Source: Gammaproteobacteria bacterium
GTDB taxonomy: Bacteria > Pseudomonadota > Gammaproteobacteria > Ga0077536
Length of the DNA stretch: 64,000 bases
Reading direction: 5' to 3'
Assembly: GCA_963662545.2 (NCBI GenBank)
Contig: CAXXLL010000002.1
Location: 864,001 to 928,000, forward strand
Shown: positions 31,803 through 41,297 of the stretch, piece after piece
Layout: each line of letters starts with the position of its first letter
Numbering within the stretch: position 1 is the first letter of the stretch
Notes under the pieces: generated by a model
What the model saw: the letters and a program-made list of their open reading frames with translations, nothing else
What the model was told of the DNA's origin: nothing
Database searches by the model: none
Position numbers and translations under genes: made by a program

Positions 31803-33287
31803 ATGAAGAATTTTCAATACATCGGTTACCCGGCAACCGGGCGAAGGCCTGGCGTGCAGGTAATAGGCGCTCCTCGTAACTCAATTGCCGGTGCGCTCGC
31901 TGCCAGCAGTTGGGACGCTCATGAATCACCCAGTCGATTTCACCAACTGGATGAAAGCGCAGGGAAGCGCATCCAGCCGCAGATTCATTGATGGTGATGT
32001 CTACCGCTCGCTGCCAGCAGTTACATGAATCACCCAGTTCACCAACTGGATGAAAGCGCAGGAAGGCATCCAGCCGCGGAGTTAATTCGTCCTTTCGTCC
32101 CGCCCGCGTATCAGAACTTCATGTTTTACGAGGGCATGGAAGTCAGTATTAAGGATGCCGGCGATTTGACACCCCATGAGATGTACGACGCGGCGACGGA
32201 GAAATTCAAGGGCCAGGCGTCGATCGATGCGGATGGCGGTGTCGTGAATTACACGGCGGGCCGGCCTTTTGACCGCACGCAGTGGAAGGTGGGCAATACC
32301 GAAGATGCCTACGAGTTGGCGTGGAACTTCCAGTACCGATGGCAATTCGAGGGTGCCGAGGTCGGCGAAAACGAATGGGTTTGGGTCGTGCCCGGAGAGA
32401 GCCACGCGGGCCACGAAATCATGAAGGGCGCTAAGGCCCAGTACTACCTGGGCAAAGGCAAGTTCGAGCGTGTTCTTACCGGGAAGTACAAGCGCGTGCT
32501 GATGACCCACCGCGTGGATCTAGCCGATCAGGATTACAAGCTCCCAGGCCGCTGGGCGACGGGCGCGGAATACCGCGATTACCAGGGCTTCACTGCGCCG
32601 TTCGACATCACGGGTACCTCCTTTCTGATCCAGCGCTATAACGACCCGCACAGAGCCGACGATTCCTGGGCCTACATCCCGAGTCTCAGGCGGGTGCGCC
32701 GTATTTCGGTCGAGGTCAAGGCCGACAGTCTGCTCGGCACCGATCTCACGCTCGAAGATTTCTATTGCTTCCACGGGCGCATTCTCGAGCACGAATGGGA
32801 GTACATGGGTACGGCCAAGTTGCTCGCCGTAGCGCGGTCACGCTACCGCGAATCGGTTTTTGGCGGTGACATGGGCATCGTACCGATCGACGACTGGGCG
32901 CTGCGTACGATGGACGTCGTGAAGGTGACACCGAAATGGGCTGGCCATCCGTATTCAGCCAAGGTGATGATGCTGGATTTGGACACCAATCAGTGCTATT
33001 ACGCCGAAGCCTACGACAAGGGCGGTGTAACCTGGAAAGTACTGCAGGCCAGCAAAATCTGGACGGAGGACGATCACTTCCACGAAGGTTCCAACCTCGA
33101 TCCCACCCTCAAGATTCCTGATACGCCGCGCGGCATACGCGTCAGCGGGTTTCAGAGCATTCAGGCGATCGATCTGCAGAACAACCGCGGCACCATCATT
33201 CCGGTCCGCGGCGTTACGTATCCGGTCAACAAGTACAGCGATATCAAGCGCCGGCTCGATGTCAATTATCTGACCGAGGGCCGTTAA
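31803..33287 (+). CDS. DUF1329 family protein (copy B), 5' end scrambled
   Basis: The body from about 32075 is clearly homologous to copy A (DDSWAYIPSLRRVRRISVEVK, identical C-terminus DVNYLTEGR). GAGGAG RBS and ATG at 31803. Fragments reading roughly DFTNWMKAQ..QP.FIDGDV align with copy A's DHLAWIKANQSAQPQFVDGDT but are broken by duplications and indels. Confidence 0.8.
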
Positions 33288-33322
33288 GACGAAACTCGCA
33301 GGAGCGATATCTGATCCGAATG

Positions 33323-33349
33323 AAAGGGCCGCGTTGCGGCCCTTTTTTT
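33323..33349 (+). terminator. rho-independent terminator between convergent DUF1329-B and RND-B
   Basis: AAAGGGCCGC-GTT-GCGGCCCTTTTTTT. Confidence 0.85.
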
Positions 33350-33353
33350 GGCG

Positions 33354-35768
33354 TCACGAATCATCGAGCGCCCGTGCGAGCTTCGGAATATCGACCGCTT
33401 GGCCGACGATCAAATCCTCACGCGCGAGGAACGACGGCCTGATGAACCAGACCAGCATAGGTAGCACCACCAGGGACAAAACCATGTTGATCAGCATGAC
33501 CGCCACCAAGAGCAGGCCCATGTCCGCCATGAACTTGAGATCCGACAGAAAATGCCAAGGCAGGATGCCGATCAGCATGATAGTGGCGGTGAACATGATG
33601 GCCTTTCCGGTTGTCGTGAGCGCTGCGTAGATCGCACGCTTGATGTCGTGCTCCTGCACCGTATATTCCTCGCAGATTCGCGATAACAAGTAGATTCCGT
33701 AGTCGATTCCGACGCCGACACCGATCACGGCGACGATGCCCGCATTGATATCCAGTCCGATACCCAGGAGGTAGATGCATGCGCCGAGAAGAAGATTGGA
33801 AAGATTGACCGGTATCAGCAGGATGAACGCGGCGACGAAGGAGCGGTAGGCAAAGGCGGAAATGATCAAGACAGCCCCGTTGACCATGCCCATGATCACC
33901 CAGTGATACCGTTCAACGACGTCGTTAATGGCCTGCTGCAGCGCGATGACCCCGGTCCCCAGTCGCACCGTGAACTCCGGATGATCGAGGCCAACCGTAT
34001 CGACGGCGCGTTTCGCCGCGGCCAGAGCGGCGTCTACCGTTTCCTGCTTGTTGTCTTTGAACCAGAGCGATACCGTTGAATCCTGAAACTCGAAATCGGC
34101 GACGTGTCCGAAATTGATCGCGTTGCTACCGAGCAGCACCGCGAAACCCGCGGCGCTAATCGCCTCCGGCGTCAAGTCCAAGGGCAGCCACTTGGGATTA
34201 CCGCCGGAAAACAGTCGGTTGATCTCCCGCATGTAGTCCGAGTAGGTCAAGGTGGCTCGGGGCGGAAGATCGGGGTCGGATTCCATCAAACGCTGCAGTT
34301 CCGTTGCCGTTTTGACGACACCGGGCGTGTTCGTCACGCGGTGATCGATGTCGCGTTCCTTCGCCTCGAGTACGATCTCGAGCGTGTTAGTCCCCGGAAA
34401 ATGCGCGTTGATAGCGCGGACCGCCGTATTGAATTCCGAATCGTGCCAGAGGAGATTACTGCCCTCCACGGGGTTGCCAATCTTGATCTGCGTATTGAGA
34501 TAAATCGCAATAACGCCGACGATCGCCACGACCACGGCGGTCGTGTTGGCGGGTTTGCCGAAGGTTATCCGCGATATGCGGTTCAATAGTTTTTCCTGTA
34601 GCAGGTGAATTCCCGATTCTTTTCCCTTGCCGCCCACGATCTGATCAATGTTTTTCGGCACCGGGAGATAAGAAAGCAAAATCGAGCACAGAAACACTCC
34701 CGTTGGAATGATCCACAGCGCCCAGAACCCACAGAAAATGGCATGGTTCTCCATCGTCTTGATGGGCGCAATCGCGATGAACACGATACCGCAGACATCG
34801 GTCAGAATGCCTAGGATCGAAGGGGCCATCATGATGCCCATGGTGACTTCCGCGGCCTTGACCCGATCGTTGAGATGCATCAGTACTTCGTAGTATCGCT
34901 CGGTGTATTGAACGCAGTGTGAGAACGACCGCGCGACGAGTAACAAGGGGACGATCATCAGCAGGGGTTCGATCGGCCGTCCGACCCAACCGATGAATCC
35001 AAAGCCCCAGATCCCGGCGACGAGAGCACAAGTGATAGGCGTTACTACACCGGCCAGATTGCGCATGTAGAACACCAGCGCGATCACCAGTGCTGAGACA
35101 GTTATCGCGAAAATTTTGTAAGTCTGTTTCTGCAACTTGTAGACCCATCCGGTAAGAACCGGTTGGCCCGCGAGATAGACGTCGTGCTTGTCGTCGCGGG
35201 CTTGCTCTACGAGATTCTGCGCAAAGGCATAGGCCTCGCCGTAATCGATGGAGTCGAGAAAGGCCGCGTTGACCAGGGTCGCCGTTTCGTCGTGGGAGAC
35301 GAAAAAAGTCCTGGCATTGGGTGATTTAACGACACGCCGGCGAAATTCCTCGACCTCCTCAGGGGTGCGGGGCGGTTGATTGTCCATCAAAGGGCGGGCA
35401 TCGATACCGAACGGAGTGGCTTGCGCATAGCGCATCTTCTCGGTAGAAATCGAAATGATTTGGTCGTGGTCTACGCCCGGCGCCAGGTCGATGTCGCGGG
35501 TCATCTGCCAGACTTTTTGTAGTGTCTCAGGATGGTAAATGTCGCCATCCTTGCGCTTGATCATGATCGCTATGGTCAACGGGTTACCGAAATTTCGATG
35601 GTCGAAATAAACGTGTACAAACGGATCGTCCTGAGGCAGGAGATGATTGAACACGGTGCGTATGTCGACTTTCGGAAAGCCGCCCATGAACCCCAGAGTG
35701 ACGATAATGAAAACAATGCCCACCCGCCCGCGGCGGGCCATGATCCAGTGTGCAATACGAAATCTCAT
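33354..35768 (-). CDS. MMPL/RND family transporter (copy B, close paralog of 20322-22760)
   Basis: Colinear with copy A with many identical blocks (DIDLAPGVDHDQ, LAGQPVLTGWVYKLQKQTY, QIKIGNPVEGSNLLW). Start set at ATG 35768. Confidence 0.9.
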   Translation of the reverse strand: MRFRIAHWIMARRGRVGIVFIIVTLGFMGGFPKVDIRTVFNHLLPQDDPFVHVYFDHRNFGNPLTIAIMIKRKDGDIYHPETLQKVWQMTRDIDLAPGVDHDQIISISTEKMRYAQATPFGIDARPLMDNQPPRTPEEVEEFRRRVVKSPNARTFFVSHDETATLVNAAFLDSIDYGEAYAFAQNLVEQARDDKHDVYLAGQPVLTGWVYKLQKQTYKIFAITVSALVIALVFYMRNLAGVVTPITCALVAGIWGFGFIGWVGRPIEPLLMIVPLLLVARSFSHCVQYTERYYEVLMHLNDRVKAAEVTMGIMMAPSILGILTDVCGIVFIAIAPIKTMENHAIFCGFWALWIIPTGVFLCSILLSYLPVPKNIDQIVGGKGKESGIHLLQEKLLNRISRITFGKPANTTAVVVAIVGVIAIYLNTQIKIGNPVEGSNLLWHDSEFNTAVRAINAHFPGTNTLEIVLEAKERDIDHRVTNTPGVVKTATELQRLMESDPDLPPRATLTYSDYMREINRLFSGGNPKWLPLDLTPEAISAAGFAVLLGSNAINFGHVADFEFQDSTVSLWFKDNKQETVDAALAAAKRAVDTVGLDHPEFTVRLGTGVIALQQAINDVVERYHWVIMGMVNGAVLIISAFAYRSFVAAFILLIPVNLSNLLLGACIYLLGIGLDINAGIVAVIGVGVGIDYGIYLLSRICEEYTVQEHDIKRAIYAALTTTGKAIMFTATIMLIGILPWHFLSDLKFMADMGLLLVAVMLINMVLSLVVLPMLVWFIRPSFLAREDLIVGQAVDIPKLARALDDS

Positions 35769-35964
35769 TCGGCGAACTTTATTGTGATTTTGCGTTATTC
35801 GATCGAAATGCCGTTTCAAGCTCGTTGCGTTACCGCCTGCAAACTCCCGACGTGAACGTTCCCAAGACGTGCTGGCGCCTGCTGCTGCGGCGCCGTTATT
35901 CGCTCATATAATCTCACGAGAGTTCACCGTGTTTCCGTACCCGGACCAAAGATTTTCTGAAAGA

Positions 35965-36765
35965 ATGTCACACCTAAAAAAGGTACTCCTGGGCACTACT
36001 GGAGCCGTCGCAATTTGTCTCATTATGCTATTGATCGGCGAGGGGGCAAACGCAATCTTGAGCTGGAAGCAATTTGACGGCAGTTTCACGTACAAAACCT
36101 ATCGGATAATCAAAACGGCGCTGCGCGATTCGCCCTCACTCGATAGCGGACCCGCGTACATGCGCCTACTCTCCCGCGAACACTTGGAGCGGCTGATTCC
36201 GAAGTTGATGGCACTTGACGCAGGCCTTGAAAACTCACCGTATCGTGAACTGCAGACGCCCGCATCGGTGGTCAATCAGCGGGACGGCGACTGCCTCGTA
36301 CAGAAGCCGAATCTGCGTAGAACCATGACTTACCTGCGTACGAACATATTCAATCCCCTCGATCCGCCGGCCCTGTTTTATGACAGCGACAGGACGCTGG
36401 ACGAAGAGATCGAGGCGCTCATGCGGGATTATGGCACGCGTAGCGTTTCGTTTACGAGCAACCGCTTTGGAGAGCGCACGACCTTGCCGCATTTAGCGTC
36501 CGAGCGCGTGGTGCTCGTGGCGGACGACTCGGTCGCGAACGGGACGCTGCTCGATGATGCGGAAACGCTCTCGTCTCAAATGCAGGCGCGCTTGCAACAG
36601 CGTGTTCGACAAGCAGGATTCCGCTACCTCGACATCGGCGACGTCGCACTACAGGAGATTGCCAGGCGGGAAACGAAGTTTGCAGTGCTGTCACTGTTCA
36701 TTGATCACGAACATCTATCGCCGTATGGTATCGACCAGGTCGCAGAAGCGCTCAACGACAAATGA
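35965..36765 (+). CDS. membrane-anchored hypothetical protein with SGNH/GDSL-like remnants
   Basis: N-terminal TM segment; SNRFGER..., VLVADDSVANG..LDDAETL (GDS-like block I) and DHEHLSPYG (DxxH block V). Confidence 0.55.
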   Translation: MSHLKKVLLGTTGAVAICLIMLLIGEGANAILSWKQFDGSFTYKTYRIIKTALRDSPSLDSGPAYMRLLSREHLERLIPKLMALDAGLENSPYRELQTPASVVNQRDGDCLVQKPNLRRTMTYLRTNIFNPLDPPALFYDSDRTLDEEIEALMRDYGTRSVSFTSNRFGERTTLPHLASERVVLVADDSVANGTLLDDAETLSSQMQARLQQRVRQAGFRYLDIGDVALQEIARRETKFAVLSLFIDHEHLSPYGIDQVAEALNDK

Positions 36766-36795
36766 CTTGACGGCGCCGGTCCCGGAAGCAGGGAT

Positions 36796-38796
36796 TCAGG
36801 ATATTTCAAAGTACTTGATGGTGTTTTTTTTCGCGTAATCCAAAAAGAAATCGATGGACTCCGGTATCGCCATTGAATCCCGATAGGCGGTTTCCTCGAG
36901 TGACATGCCCATGAGTATTTTTCGGACCGGTACTTCCATTTTTTTTCCCGTGCGCGTGTACGGGATCGATTCGACTTCGCAAATTTCGTCTGGAACATGA
37001 CGCGGAGAATAAGATTTCAACACGGTCCGTAGCTTGTCCTTCAGTGCCTCGTTGAGGTCGAACCCCTCTTTAATCGTGACGAACAGAGGCATGAAGAAGG
37101 CGCCGCCCGGCAGGTCGAGATTGACGATGATACTGTCGGCGATTTCTTCCAGTGCTTCTATGGTCCGGTAAATTTCAGCCGTTCCCATGCGTACGCCGTG
37201 GCGGTTCAGCGTTGCGTCTGATCGTCCTCGCACATAACAGCCGCCCCTGGAATTCATGACGAAATAGTCGCCGTGCCTCCAGACGCCCGGATACATGTCG
37301 AAATAGGTTTCCCTATACCGCTTGTCGTCTTTATCGTTCCAGAAGTACAGGGGCATGGACGGTAATGGTTGAGTGACGACAAATTCACCTACTTCGTCGA
37401 ATATCTCATTGCCTTCGTCGTCGAAGGCATGCACGTCGGCGCCGAGAAATCTCGTCTGTATTTCTCCCGCCCGGACCGGCAGCAGCGGGCAGCCACCGAC
37501 AAAACTCGAGGATATGTCCGTCCCCCCGCTGGCCGAAGTGATCCAGATATCGTCTTTGACCTTGTCGTAAAACCAGGCGAAATGATCCGGCGAAGCTGGC
37601 GACCCGGTGCAGAATATTCCTTCCAGGGCGCTCATATCGTAGCGCTCCCCGGGGACGATCCCTTGGTCCATCATCAGTGACACGAAGGCAGGACTGGCGC
37701 CGAAAAACGTCGTCCCGGTTTCGGCTGCCATCCGCCACAGCACATCCGCATCGGGATAGACGGGATTCCCGTCATAAAGGACGACGGCACTCCCGGTCAG
37801 CAGGCAACCGGTTAGCACATTCCAGGTAATCCAACCGCTGGTCGTGAACATGAAGGTGACCGAACTCGGCTTTAAATTCATGTGCAACGTGCAGAATTTC
37901 GACAATTCGAGCAGGATGCCCCCGTGTCCGTGGACAAAAGGTTTGGGCAGTCCGGTAGTGCCGGATGAATAGACGATCCAGAGCGGATGATTGAAGCTCA
38001 CGTCTTCGAACACGCCCTCGGGGTCGGGATCTTCACGGTCAAGAACCTGGCCGAAGGAAATCGAATTCGCCGTCGGCTTGAAATCCAACTCGGCGAAAAG
38101 ATAGGACACACCGATGGTGTGCTTTACGGAAGGCAGGGCGCTGATGAGTTCCCGGACTGCATCGCGCCGATCGAAGTCCTTGCCTTGATAGCGGTAACCG
38201 TCGACGGTGAACAACACAACGGGATCGATTTGCTGAAATCGATCGAGGGCGCTCTTGGTGCCGAATTCGGGCGAGCAATTCGACCAGATGGCGCCGATAC
38301 TCGCGGCACCGAGAAACGCGATGACGGTTTCAGGAATGTTCGGCATGAACGACGCGACACGATCGCCGGGCTGCACACCGAATTCGCGCAGCGTGGCCGC
38401 GACTTTCGCAGTCCGGGCGGCGAGTTCCCGCCAGGAGACCTGGCCGAGCGGACGAATTTCCGACAGGGCGCGTAAGGCCATGCCGTCGGGGTCTGTGTCG
38501 GCATGGCGCAGGATGTGCCTGGCGTAATTGACCCGGGCTCCGGGGAACCACGTCGCCCCGGGCATTGCACGGCTTTTCAATACGCATTCATAAGGCGTGG
38601 AAGATTCGATCTCGAAATACTCCCACAGGCATTTCCAGCAACGTTCAATATCGTCGACCGACCACTCCCACAGTGCCTCGTAGTCCGAAAATTCATAGCC
38701 ATGATGCGCTTTCAACCAATTCATGAACGCCCAGACGTTCGTTTCCTGCTTGAAGCGGTCACTTGGTGACCAGAGTATTTCCCCTTCTTTTGCCAT
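36796..38796 (-). CDS. acetoacetate--CoA ligase
   Basis: WFPGARVNYA, YSSGTTGLPK, SGGTDI, GVWRHGD and GRSDATLNRHGVRMGT. Start set at ATG 38796. Confidence 0.92.
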   Translation of the reverse strand: MAKEGEILWSPSDRFKQETNVWAFMNWLKAHHGYEFSDYEALWEWSVDDIERCWKCLWEYFEIESSTPYECVLKSRAMPGATWFPGARVNYARHILRHADTDPDGMALRALSEIRPLGQVSWRELAARTAKVAATLREFGVQPGDRVASFMPNIPETVIAFLGAASIGAIWSNCSPEFGTKSALDRFQQIDPVVLFTVDGYRYQGKDFDRRDAVRELISALPSVKHTIGVSYLFAELDFKPTANSISFGQVLDREDPDPEGVFEDVSFNHPLWIVYSSGTTGLPKPFVHGHGGILLELSKFCTLHMNLKPSSVTFMFTTSGWITWNVLTGCLLTGSAVVLYDGNPVYPDADVLWRMAAETGTTFFGASPAFVSLMMDQGIVPGERYDMSALEGIFCTGSPASPDHFAWFYDKVKDDIWITSASGGTDISSSFVGGCPLLPVRAGEIQTRFLGADVHAFDDEGNEIFDEVGEFVVTQPLPSMPLYFWNDKDDKRYRETYFDMYPGVWRHGDYFVMNSRGGCYVRGRSDATLNRHGVRMGTAEIYRTIEALEEIADSIIVNLDLPGGAFFMPLFVTIKEGFDLNEALKDKLRTVLKSYSPRHVPDEICEVESIPYTRTGKKMEVPVRKILMGMSLEETAYRDSMAIPESIDFFLDYAKKNTIKYFEIS

Positions 38797-39037
38797 GAGT
38801 TTATTTGCCACCGGGTGAGAAGCAAATTGTATTCTGCCGAGGATAAGGACGATACTATTTCGGCGGGGAAACACTAGAGCGGTTTGTCGCGGTAAACGAT
38901 TGGGCGGTGGCGTCGATCGCAACATCCGCGCAACCCGACTGCGTCGCGCGGGGTATTTTTAGCCCACTTTTTTTTAGTGCAGCGTCGATGTGAACCATGT
39001 TGTCGCGCGGTGATCGATGCCGTATGGAGAAAGGCGA

Positions 39038-40009
39038 TTGAAAATCTGCATCTATGGGGCTGGCGCGATCGGAGGTTATTTGGGCGCACGCCTGGCCTCG
39101 ACGGGTGCCGACGTCTCGCTCATCGCGCGTGGAGACCACCGTCAAGCGATACGTGATCGCGGCCTGCGAATCAGAACCGACGGCGGCGAAATCAACTGTT
39201 CCCTACCGTGCGTGGAAGCGCCCGAGGAGCTTGGCCCGCAGGACTTCGTCATCATGACCTTGAAGGCGCATTCAGTGCCGGCGATCGTCGAGCGCTTGCC
39301 CTGTTTGTTTCACGATACGACGGCGGTGGTTTCAGCCGTCAACGGTGTACCGTGGTGGTATTTCCATCGACTGGCCGGTTCCTACGAAGGACGCCGCGTC
39401 GACGCGGTTGACCCGGGCGGGAAGCAATGGGATTTGATCAGTCCGGCGCGCGCGATTGGATGCGTCGTTTATCCGTCCTGTGAAGTGATCGAACCGGGGC
39501 TGATCAAACACATTGAAGGCGATCGATTTACCCTGGGTGAGCCGTCGGGCGAGAAGACCGAGCGCGTCGAGGTGCTTGCAAAAGCCCTACGCGACGCCGG
39601 CTTGAAAGCCCCTGTCAAAAATCGAATACGCGACGAGCTCTGGATCAAATTATGGGGCAACCTGAGCTTCAATCCGATCAGCGCGCTCACAGGCGCAACG
39701 CTCGACGTCATTTGCCGCACGCCGGGCACGCGCGCCGTGGCACGCGCGATGATGCTCGAAGCGCAGGCCGTTGCGGAACGTCTCGGCGTTCGGTTTCCCA
39801 TCGACGTCGACCAACGTATCGCGGGCGCCGAGGCGGTCGGCAGCCACAAGACTTCGATGCTGCAAGATCTCGAACGCGGCCGACCACTCGAAATCGATGC
39901 GCTAGTTACGGCCGTGGTCGAACTCGGGCGTATGGTCGACCTGCCGACGCCCACGATTGAGACCGTACTCGCCCTGGTGGATCTGCGCGCTCATCGAGGC
40001 GCGTGCTGA
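39038..40009 (+). CDS. 2-dehydropantoate 2-reductase family (PanE2/oxalyl-CoA reductase-like)
   Basis: IYGAGAIGG, NGVPWWYF, WIKLWGNLSFNP and HKTSMLQDLE. TTG start after a GGAGA RBS. Confidence 0.88.
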   Translation: MKICIYGAGAIGGYLGARLASTGADVSLIARGDHRQAIRDRGLRIRTDGGEINCSLPCVEAPEELGPQDFVIMTLKAHSVPAIVERLPCLFHDTTAVVSAVNGVPWWYFHRLAGSYEGRRVDAVDPGGKQWDLISPARAIGCVVYPSCEVIEPGLIKHIEGDRFTLGEPSGEKTERVEVLAKALRDAGLKAPVKNRIRDELWIKLWGNLSFNPISALTGATLDVICRTPGTRAVARAMMLEAQAVAERLGVRFPIDVDQRIAGAEAVGSHKTSMLQDLERGRPLEIDALVTAVVELGRMVDLPTPTIETVLALVDLRAHRGAC

Positions 40010-40041
40010 CCGCGCCGCATCATCCTTATTGGTAAACACTG

Positions 40042-41268
40042 ATGGACACCATTCTTCGAAACGCACGCACCGACGACGAGCAGTTTGACGAGCTGATCGA
40101 TATCGGGATTAACGAAGGCAGGATCGCGGCGATCGAACCCAATTTGAGCGCGGCAGGGCAGGAATTCGATCTCGGTGGCCGGCTGGTGAGTAGCGGCTTC
40201 ATTGAATCGCATATTCATCTCGACAAATCGCGCATTCTCGGTCGCTGCAAATCCGAGAGAGGCGATCTGGAGGAAGCCATCGAGGAGGTGGCTAAGGCAA
40301 AAAAGGAGTTCACGCCGGAGGACGTCTACGATCGAGGAAGACAAACGCTCGAGGCGTGCATACTCAACGGCACCACACACATGCGAACCCAGCTCGAAGT
40401 CGATCCGGTCGTCGGCTTGCGCGGCCTGGAGGGCATAAGACCGCTGATCGACGAATATAAATGGGCTATCGATATCGAGATCTGTGTCTTTCCGCAGGAA
40501 GGTCTGCTGAACAACCCGGGCACCGACGAATTGTTGGTCGCGGCGCTCGAAAATGGCTGCAAGGTAATAGGTGCGGCGCCTTACACGGATTCAGATCCGC
40601 ATGGACAGATCGATCGGATATTCGAATTGGCGCGCCAATTCGACGTCGATATCGACATGCACCTCGACTTCGGGCCGGATCCGTCGGCGCTGGACCTCGA
40701 ATACGTGTGTAAATTGACCGACGAATTCGATTACGGTAGCCGGGTCGCGATCGGCCATGTGACGAAGCTTTCGGCTGTTCCTCCGATTCGTCTGCGCGAA
40801 ATTGCAAAACGCATGGCGGACTCCGGCGTCGCGCTGACCGTGCTGCCTTCCACCGATCTATTCCTCATGGGGCGGCACCAGGATCACGGCGTGATGCGCG
40901 GTGTTACCCCGGCCCATCATCTCCTGAAAGAGGGTGTGAATTGCTCCCTGTCGACGAATAACGTGTTGAACCCCTTCACGCCATTCGGTGATTGTTCGTT
41001 GCTTCGCATGGCCAACCTCTATGCCAATATTTGTCATGTAGGCACGCGTGAAGAAGTCATCGAATGTTTCCGGATGATCACGACCCGCTCTGCGGCATTA
41101 ATGCGGCTCGAAGATTATGGCATCGCCGAGGGTAAAGCTGCGGATCTGGTCGTTCTCGACTGCGAGAATCGCGCATCAGCCGTTGCCGAGCTGGTGCAGC
41201 CATTGTGGGGGTTCAAACGCGGCCGTCTCACATTTACGCGGGAAGCAGCGACCCTGCACCGGCCGTAA
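40042..41268 (+). CDS. amidohydrolase, cytosine/creatinine deaminase-like
   Basis: ESHIHLDK, FPQEG, DMHLD, IGH and STNNVLNPFTPFG. Confidence 0.88.
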   Translation: MDTILRNARTDDEQFDELIDIGINEGRIAAIEPNLSAAGQEFDLGGRLVSSGFIESHIHLDKSRILGRCKSERGDLEEAIEEVAKAKKEFTPEDVYDRGRQTLEACILNGTTHMRTQLEVDPVVGLRGLEGIRPLIDEYKWAIDIEICVFPQEGLLNNPGTDELLVAALENGCKVIGAAPYTDSDPHGQIDRIFELARQFDVDIDMHLDFGPDPSALDLEYVCKLTDEFDYGSRVAIGHVTKLSAVPPIRLREIAKRMADSGVALTVLPSTDLFLMGRHQDHGVMRGVTPAHHLLKEGVNCSLSTNNVLNPFTPFGDCSLLRMANLYANICHVGTREEVIECFRMITTRSAALMRLEDYGIAEGKAADLVVLDCENRASAVAELVQPLWGFKRGRLTFTREAATLHRP

Positions 41269-41297
41269 GCTGCACCGATTCTCCGCAACTTGAAAGC

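Noticed and set aside
31894-32077. Possible CRISPR or DGR-like repeat pair upstream of DUF1329-B
   Set aside because: There are only two gapped copies, differing by indels rather than adenine-specific substitutions. There is no spacer periodicity and no cas or reverse-transcriptase gene.
38874-38885. CTAGAGCGGTT motif (also near 42620) as a MITE end
   Set aside because: No partner inverted repeat was found, and the motif is too short to support a call.
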